Below, piece after piece: positions 60,601-64,000 of a stretch of DNA of 64,000 nucleotides. Below the pieces are notes generated by a model, which was given only the letters and a program-made list of their open reading frames with translations, was not told where the DNA came from and ran no database searches. The stretch comes from Candidatus Zixiibacteriota bacterium (lineage in GTDB: Bacteria; Zixibacteria; MSB-5A5; UBA10806; 4484-95). The translations under genes and the position numbers were made by a program. The number at the start of each line of letters is the position of its first letter. Within the stretch, counting starts at the first letter, position 1. The stretch covers positions 26,260 to 90,259 of the forward strand of contig JAGGSN010000206.1 in NCBI GenBank assembly GCA_021159005.1, read 5' to 3'.

Positions 60601-62257
60601 CATCCGTTGCGATAAATTTGATATAATTCAGTCCCACAACAGGCGTAATGCATACGGAATCTCCGCTCAATGTGCCGCCGATTGCTTCACAGGATGCCAG
60701 ATTATCATCGGGATCGGTACAGTAAAATCCGGGTATGCATATTTCGCTTAAATCGCAGACAAAGTATGTAGTATCACATTTGGCGCCCCAAGGGCAATGA
60801 GCCACAGGCGGGTGATTCACACATACTGGAAAAGCATGATGGGCGCCGGGACCGGCTGATGGCGGACTCGAGACCGCTACCTGTCCATCGGATGCAGTTA
60901 CATAGTACTGGATGCTGTCAGTGCCGCATTCAAGCTCGCTGGCTGGCACATCGCAACAATAGACACTGTCAGTTCGTGTCATATTAACAGAGGTAAAGCT
61001 GGCTATATATGAATTGCGATAAAAGAGTTTTACATCCAAATCTTCCTGAGGAGTATCCAAATCAGTTACATAGGCGCAGATTTCAACATCTGTACCCCAC
61101 TGCTGGCATGTATTGTCAAGGTTTACAGTTTCCGGTGTCCTAACAATTTCCGGAGTTGCGGATTCTTGGCATGAACTTGAATCGCAATGATTGCAAGCTC
61201 CGAACTCATCCATACGACATACTGTCATAGTATGCCAATCGCCGTTCTGAATGGTATCCGGGCTATCATAGCAAATATAATACCGGCTGCACATGCGGTA
61301 CTTAATATCTTCATAAATAAATTCAATATCATCACCGGTAGGAGCATGATAATATGAACCGCCGGTAGCCGCTGAAATATGAATAAGGTATTGCGGGTCA
61401 AAACTGCTGCCAAGACTGATAGTATAAACAGGTATACCCGATGTGTTTGCCAAATCGCATATTATAGTTGAGTCGTCCTCCCAGCCATCGGGGTCAGGCG
61501 TACCATGCTGCCACCACCAATATGGAGGCGGACCAATCCAGAGACCATCCGGAGTTTCCGAACCGCCGCATAACTGGCTATAGTTCTCCATACCGTCAGA
61601 AATAGCAATTACGGCCTTGCTGCCTAATTCGGTAGTAGTAAGCTCTACGCCTTTCCATATACCGTCAAAAACCGCAGTCCAACCGCCAGAGGTTATAGAA
61701 TTGATTTTTGAATGTAAAAGGGTTTTATCGCTGGTAAAATCCTGAACAACATTAAAACAATTGCCGAATGTAACAATCGCTACTCTATCATAAATATCCA
61801 TTTCATCAACAAAAGTGTTCGCCGCGGCTTTAGCGGCATTCATCTTACTGCTGCCCATACTGCCGCTAACATCGATAACAAGGCATACCGAGCTTATGCA
61901 TGAATCAAGGTTCATTTCCTCAACAGTAAATGACCCCGGAGCAATAGGGCTGTCATCTTGAAAAACACAAAAACTATCAGCAACTAAGCCGCTTATAGGA
62001 TTTCCAAGTGAATCAAGCACATCAACATAGGCGCAGATGTAAGGAAACGCTCCGCAATCAAGCTGTGATATTATTACAGTGTCAGTCGGAGTACAATAAG
62101 TGGAAGGCAAATAATCGGGATAATTATTTCTTTCACCAAGTGTTATGCCCCCATAATATGGATCATCCGGTTGATTAATATCATTTGGATCTGCAAATGC
62201 TGATATTGTTAACATCAGCGGGAAAACAATGACAAGGTACATTAACAATTTTTTCAT
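51650..62257 (-). CDS. Giant secreted protein (~3535 aa): vWA, 29 Cys-rich cadherin-like repeats, cohesin-like, dockerin-like, FlgD-Ig/T9SS-like C-terminus
   Basis: ATG 62257 with GGAG RBS and signal peptide; MIDAS DVSGS...SDG; repeats starting NxPP/NxAP with DxD; GDINMN...ASDVNQDG; YPNPFNPTTTI...IYDISGRLV...SGIYF. Confidence 0.85.
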   Translation of the reverse strand: MKKLLMYLVIVFPLMLTISAFADPNDINQPDDPYYGGITLGERNNYPDYLPSTYCTPTDTVIISQLDCGAFPYICAYVDVLDSLGNPISGLVADSFCVFQDDSPIAPGSFTVEEMNLDSCISSVCLVIDVSGSMGSSKMNAAKAAANTFVDEMDIYDRVAIVTFGNCFNVVQDFTSDKTLLHSKINSITSGGWTAVFDGIWKGVELTTTELGSKAVIAISDGMENYSQLCGGSETPDGLWIGPPPYWWWQHGTPDPDGWEDDSTIICDLANTSGIPVYTISLGSSFDPQYLIHISAATGGSYYHAPTGDDIEFIYEDIKYRMCSRYYICYDSPDTIQNGDWHTMTVCRMDEFGACNHCDSSSCQESATPEIVRTPETVNLDNTCQQWGTDVEICAYVTDLDTPQEDLDVKLFYRNSYIASFTSVNMTRTDSVYCCDVPASELECGTDSIQYYVTASDGQVAVSSPPSAGPGAHHAFPVCVNHPPVAHCPWGAKCDTTYFVCDLSEICIPGFYCTDPDDNLASCEAIGGTLSGDSVCITPVVGLNYIKFIATDDCGLADTCIIDVRVILNRPPQASCPDDTSLFMCDLDEICLTGFNASDPDNNIVSQIVSIGTLNCNTVCFTPTVGLNTITFTVIDACGDSAECSTDVTVSLNSPPQVSCPNDTSLFVCDLSEICLPGFTVSDNDDNINSIDVSLGTYDNGTVCFTPAAGLNTITLTAVDECGDSVVCETDVNITLNSPPSANCTWGGSKPGVGDTTVFVCNLNDICLSGFSCTDPDDNLASCTAIGGTLDGNSICFTPSEGINTIKLVALDECGEADTLTRTVNVGLNSAPSAACPGDTSLFVCDLNELCLPGFNVSDNDDNISSVNVSLGVLDNGTVCFTPAEGLNTIALTVTDECGETDQCTTDVAVALNSAPVVSCPNDTSLFVCDDSEICLPGFSYSDTDNNIASATAVGGTLNGNSICFTPASGNNTLKLIVADECGEIDSCQTNVNITFNTAPVCDIPNDTTFLVFGDTTFSFPVSATDADGNLDGCAKTSGVGSFDGSDWTFTTSGQGVYSATFECTDDCGASCSGTLNITVNYNSAPVCNLPDDSTYFVCDDTTFSFIVSATDDDENLVGCTKTSGPGTLVDTVWTFTTTGPGVYTAEFECEDIGGATCYGMVNITVNYNSAPVCIVPDDETYLVCGDSAFSFSISASDVDNNLDGCAKTSGDGSFDGSTWSFTSTGAGIYSAVFECEDECGETCSETVSITVDYNSAPAASCPNDTSIFVCTLDQICLAGFTASDADDNITSKVVDNGTLTTGTVCFTPAAGLNTITYTVTDACGETDQCVTNVTVTLNSPPAASCPNDTSIFACDLSDICLPGFSSSDADGNITSEVVDNGTLNAGTVCFTPTAGLNAITYTVTDACGDYDDCTVNVTVTVNSPPEASCPWDARPGFADTTIFVCVLDEICISGFSCSDPDGNLASCSAIGGTLVGNSICFTPVEGNNTIKLVAIDDCGEADTCDAVIGIVLNSPPSASCPNDTSLFVCDLSDICLSGFSASDPDDNILSTEVDLGVLDNGTVCFTPVAGLNTITYTVTDSCNETDECTVNVTAVLNSPPSASCPNDTSMFVCDLNEICLPGFTASDADDNITSIVVDNGTLTGNSVCFDPTAGLNTINYIVTDACGESDTCTTNISITLNSPPSANCTWGGGRPGAGDTLLFVCELDEICLGGFSCTDPDNNLLSCEAIGGTLSGDAICFTPVEGINVIELVALDECGEADTLSRTVNVTLNSPPIAACPDDTTMLVCDLSEICLSGFVSSDVDDNIISKSVSFGTLNGTSACFIPTEGLNTIMFIVTDECGEADTCSTDITVNVNNPPTAECPGDSTIFVCNIHDIYLPGFTCSDPDGNLDNCEVIGGTLSGNIVHFTPVEGLNTIKLVAADECGETDTCETNVTVIQNSAPVAACPNDTTLAVCSLSSICIPGFSDSDADNNITSRTVSLGTLDAGTVCFTPAAGLNTITYTVTDACGETDQCVTNVTVTLNSPPAASCPNDTSIFACDLSDICLPGFSSSDADGNITSEVVDNGTLNAGTVCFTPTAGLNAITYTVTDACGDYDDCTVNVTVTVNSPPEASCPWDARPGFADTTIFVCVLDEICISGFSCSDPDGNLASCSAIGGTLVGNSICFTPVEGNNTIKLVAIDDCGEADTCDAVIGIVLNSPPSASCPNDTSLFVCDLSDICLSGFSASDPDDNILSTEVDLGVLDNGTVCFTPVAGLNTITYTVTDSCNETDECTVNVTAVLNSPPSASCPNDTSMFVCDLNEICLPGFTASDADDNITSIVVDNGTLTGNSVCFTPSIGLNTITYTVTDACSEVDQCATNITISLNSDPVCNLPSDESHHIYGDSTFSYPVSATDVDDNLVGCSMISGAGSFDGSTWTFTATSSGIYSAAFECTDECGAACSGTVNITITMNNAPECHLPDDAYFFICNDSTFSFPVYATDDDSDLVGCTLTGGMGSYDGTNWTFTTSGSGIYWASFECEDAGGESCIGTVNMTIDLNDAPVCQVPDDASYLVCDDTTFSIPITAVDDDDNLSGCIKVLGDGNFDGSSWTFNTTGQGAFSAIFECEDECGETCADSITIIINYNTPPVCDIPDNQSFFVCDDTTFGFAISATDIDNNLVGCSKTSGPGSFDGSTWTFTTDSEGVYTGIFECEDACGETCIDTLEITVDYNSPPECSMPDDNSYFICFDSTFSFPVSAADEDDNLVGCSMLPGGDGNFDGSNWTFTTSGSGVYSAVFECEDECGAVCAANKSRSTTVNITVTVNSAPEVTCVDDTTIAVCDLSELCISGFNYNDVDNNINNVNVNTGTIVGSTVCFTPVEGLNTLILTVIDDCGLAAVCTTDVTINLNTPPLVNCPPDDQIRLGSIDTVCLSEFYVHDYEDNLDTAFSNIGIFYPNEEMVCFLPDTGINTIILTAIDDCGEVSVCTTLIDIEIENCPEFLNDSLTVMCIYENFCDTLEAIDVDGDYIVVTANYGEITTLVDEPGYWLGVYCFTVPDSACGEHMEFDVVITACDGICDDNIGYNLTILGYIDYYIDEDVMIAPGLSGTVGIYLNTYDCVCIGGLTMVIHWDPSVLVLQNALITENLDFGNEYNHFTYDIFGPGTIKFSYIADLNDQVYHGPLCDIDPNEPILNLQFLLVPQEYPDDISIPICFFHEESINDNAVADSTGYHVWYGDGCSDAPDSSQFGTFLLNLYCGSVRVLDDCNPIIGDINMNRYPFELGDAMTMANHLIDPIGYPFTENQMWASDVNQDGYRATVADLIFMINVVNGSNSNPKLVPVETRPVELIIEQNENDETIIKFNSEFNIGGLLLELPISEDIDCNLQLNNDLDMEVELKQYDESMRLCVYDLESKVIQSGTTELMRMMLPKGVKLTPSLMSFSDGNGCLINTLLKREVPLPEQFSIVCCYPNPFNPTTTIEFALPVADNVTLNIYDISGRLVKELASGQLKAGYHYISWNGINDAGKNTASGIYFAKLKSNNEIQNVSIKKLVLLK
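55248..56290. repeat. 1043-bp internal direct repeat, copy 1
   Basis: Appears identical to 57309-58351 (offset 2061); shadow ORFs in both copies translate identically. Confidence 0.85.
57309..58351. repeat. 1043-bp internal direct repeat, copy 2
   Basis: See 55248-56290. Confidence 0.85.
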
Positions 62258-62771
62258 AGCCGCTCTCCAACTCCATTTATTGTAATATTTTTTTATCTTA
62301 GTATTTGAAAAATGACTTTTAAGTCTCCAGTTTATATGCTTAAATTTCAACTAAACGGTAATTATTGAACCCCTAATTTTAAAATATTTAACATTTTCAT
62401 TATAATTTGTAATAATCGAGCTGATATTCATGATTTTATATAATAGACTATACAATGATAATAAAGCGACTATATATCTGTATAATGATGGTAAAAATAT
62501 TGAAAACTTTCCTGCAATCGACAGAATAATTTTATTGACATAACACAAACAAATACAAAACACTAAATATAAATTCCCTAAACCTTAAAGGTTCGGTTAA
62601 AAATTTATTATTTTAATTTTCTTTGCCTTGGGGAATGCCAATGCTTTGCTTTGACATACCTGATTCCAGAAGAACCCCAAGAAGTTACAACAATTTTACT
62701 AAGCCAATACCAATATAAACAACGCAAATATACATGTCAAGTAATATTTTTGTTTGACGATAGAAAAAAAT

Positions 62772-62981
62772 ATGAAAGTTTATTTTCGTTTGGCAATAAA
62801 GAATGGCGTAATTTCGGGAAAATCTGTCGATTTTTTTGAACTAAAATGGTGTGAGGAGCTAACCTCTGTTCAGCTGGCTGGACGGTTTAACCAGTGGCTT
62901 TATGATGATGAATTTGTAAAAAACAAACTCCCCGATTTGAACCAAGCCAGCCAATGTCTGCTTTCAATAGACCCCCATTAA
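62772..62981 (+). CDS. Small hypothetical protein (paralog of 30221-30445)
   Basis: ATG 62772; 16/69 ungapped identities to the 30221 protein, including both Trp residues. Confidence 0.7.
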   Translation: MKVYFRLAIKNGVISGKSVDFFELKWCEELTSVQLAGRFNQWLYDDEFVKNKLPDLNQASQCLLSIDPH

Positions 62982-63001
62982 AATTTGTCCAATCTCAACT
63001 C

Positions 63002-64000
63002 TTATAATTTTTCCACTGATTCCGTATGCCGCAAGGGAGGAACAATTTTTATATTCATTTTCTGAAAAAGCGGAAATAGGGAGATTAGAATATCTACATT
63101 GTCGGGATTGCTGCTTATTAGATAAGTTCCCTTATTTAATTCTGTAAATTCATTTGTGTGAGCAATTACCAGCATCCTGAATTCATCGCTGGCTATATAT
63201 GAGCAATCTATAGTATTAATCAGTCTTTTTATTTTCAAACCCTTTGCATAGGCCAGCGAATCGATATAATTCGGATTGTTGTTTTGATAGATATAAGTTA
63301 AGTGAAGTTTCTCGGTTGCATCTATTATCATTCGAACCAGTTCGCGATTATAATTTGTATCAGCCTGCAAATAGAAAGCATCTAAGGCAGGATAGCTTTT
63401 AAATATAGCTAAAATATTTTCCATATTCAACTCTTTATCTTTGATATTTTTTAGCAAGCGGTGGCTATTTAAAACTATCTCCCAATCTTCCCGGGCGCTT
63501 GGCAATTCCAATATACACTGTCCGCTGCTTGATTTTAACGCTCGATTAAGTTTTTTGCCCGGCGCCTGATCGGGATAGAGTATAAAACCAAAGGCAATAT
63601 TTTGCCAAACAAGTTCCAGCGCCTTTTTCTGTTTTAGCTCGACAAAGTCCTTGAAAATAAACGATATTGATGAGACTCTCGTTTGCGCTTTAAAGCTTGA
63701 GATTAGCACTAACTCCGATATTGTATCATTCAACGATGGAGAAATCAGCCAAGCTGCCAGATTGCCGTCCTTATTTATCTCAATGGCTTCATATATAATG
63801 CTGCTATTTCTGCGGCATGCTTTTGCCAACTCCGATGTAAACCATACAAACGGCAGTTCTTTTGGCCACAGGATGCTATAGCAGGGATAATCCCTTGTTT
63901 GACTATTGAAATTCAATGGCTGATGGTGAATTTCATTTTGGTCAAGATTTAATTCTGTTAAAATATTCAGGTAAAATGTTTCAATTTCATCAGTATTATT
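63002..64000 (-). CDS. Hypothetical protein, possibly divergent polysaccharide deacetylase-like (partial, runs off the right edge)
   Basis: The frame stays open from the ORF-track start at 63916 to the window edge (checked by hand); only a weak pattern resemblance to YibQ-like domains. Confidence 0.5.
   Translation of the reverse strand, partial: NNTDEIETFYLNILTELNLDQNEIHHQPLNFNSQTRDYPCYSILWPKELPFVWFTSELAKACRRNSSIIYEAIEINKDGNLAAWLISPSLNDTISELVLISSFKAQTRVSSISFIFKDFVELKQKKALELVWQNIAFGFILYPDQAPGKKLNRALKSSSGQCILELPSAREDWEIVLNSHRLLKNIKDKELNMENILAIFKSYPALDAFYLQADTNYNRELVRMIIDATEKLHLTYIYQNNNPNYIDSLAYAKGLKIKRLINTIDCSYIASDEFRMLVIAHTNEFTELNKGTYLISSNPDNVDILISLFPLFQKMNIKIVPPLRHTESVEKL

Noticed and set aside
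52152-60626. Many plus-strand ORFs inside the giant gene, some duplicated
   Set aside because: Antisense shadows of a repetitive, codon-biased gene; their duplication simply mirrors the 1043-bp repeat.

Overview
Low-GC (roughly 40% by eye) chromosomal segment of a diderm bacterium. The dockerin-like and FlgD-Ig/T9SS-like C-termini and the gene content suggest candidate phylum Zixibacteria or a related FCB lineage (inference). From left to right: (1) a minus-strand surface-polysaccharide cluster (SLBB export protein, Wzz-like protein, WbpB/D/E/I-like enzymes, Wzx and an edge-truncated LicC-like nucleotidyltransferase); (2) a secreted dockerin-bearing protein, LptD, CpoB and tyrosine phenol-lyase; (3) coaBC-udg-dnaB, tsaD and several hypotheticals; (4) an NtrC-like regulator whose AAA+ motifs are all degenerate; (5) a small-protein operon, NhaP, ThpR, a BioF-like enzyme, GlmL, a cupin and a TrkA-N protein; (6) an 11-subunit complex I operon (nuoABCDHIJKLM-N, no nuoEFG) with a His-rich insert in NuoL and a glycosyltransferase split into two genes lying between nuoM and nuoN; (7) a DUF2723/TMEM260-like GT-C protein converging on a ~3535-aa vWA + 29 Cys-rich cadherin-like repeat + cohesin + dockerin + FlgD-Ig protein that carries a 1043-bp internal duplication. 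Intergenic regions hold several families of dispersed palindromic repeats and a MITE-like element. I saw no rRNA, tRNA, CRISPR array or transposase. All family calls come from motif recognition; no database searches were run.
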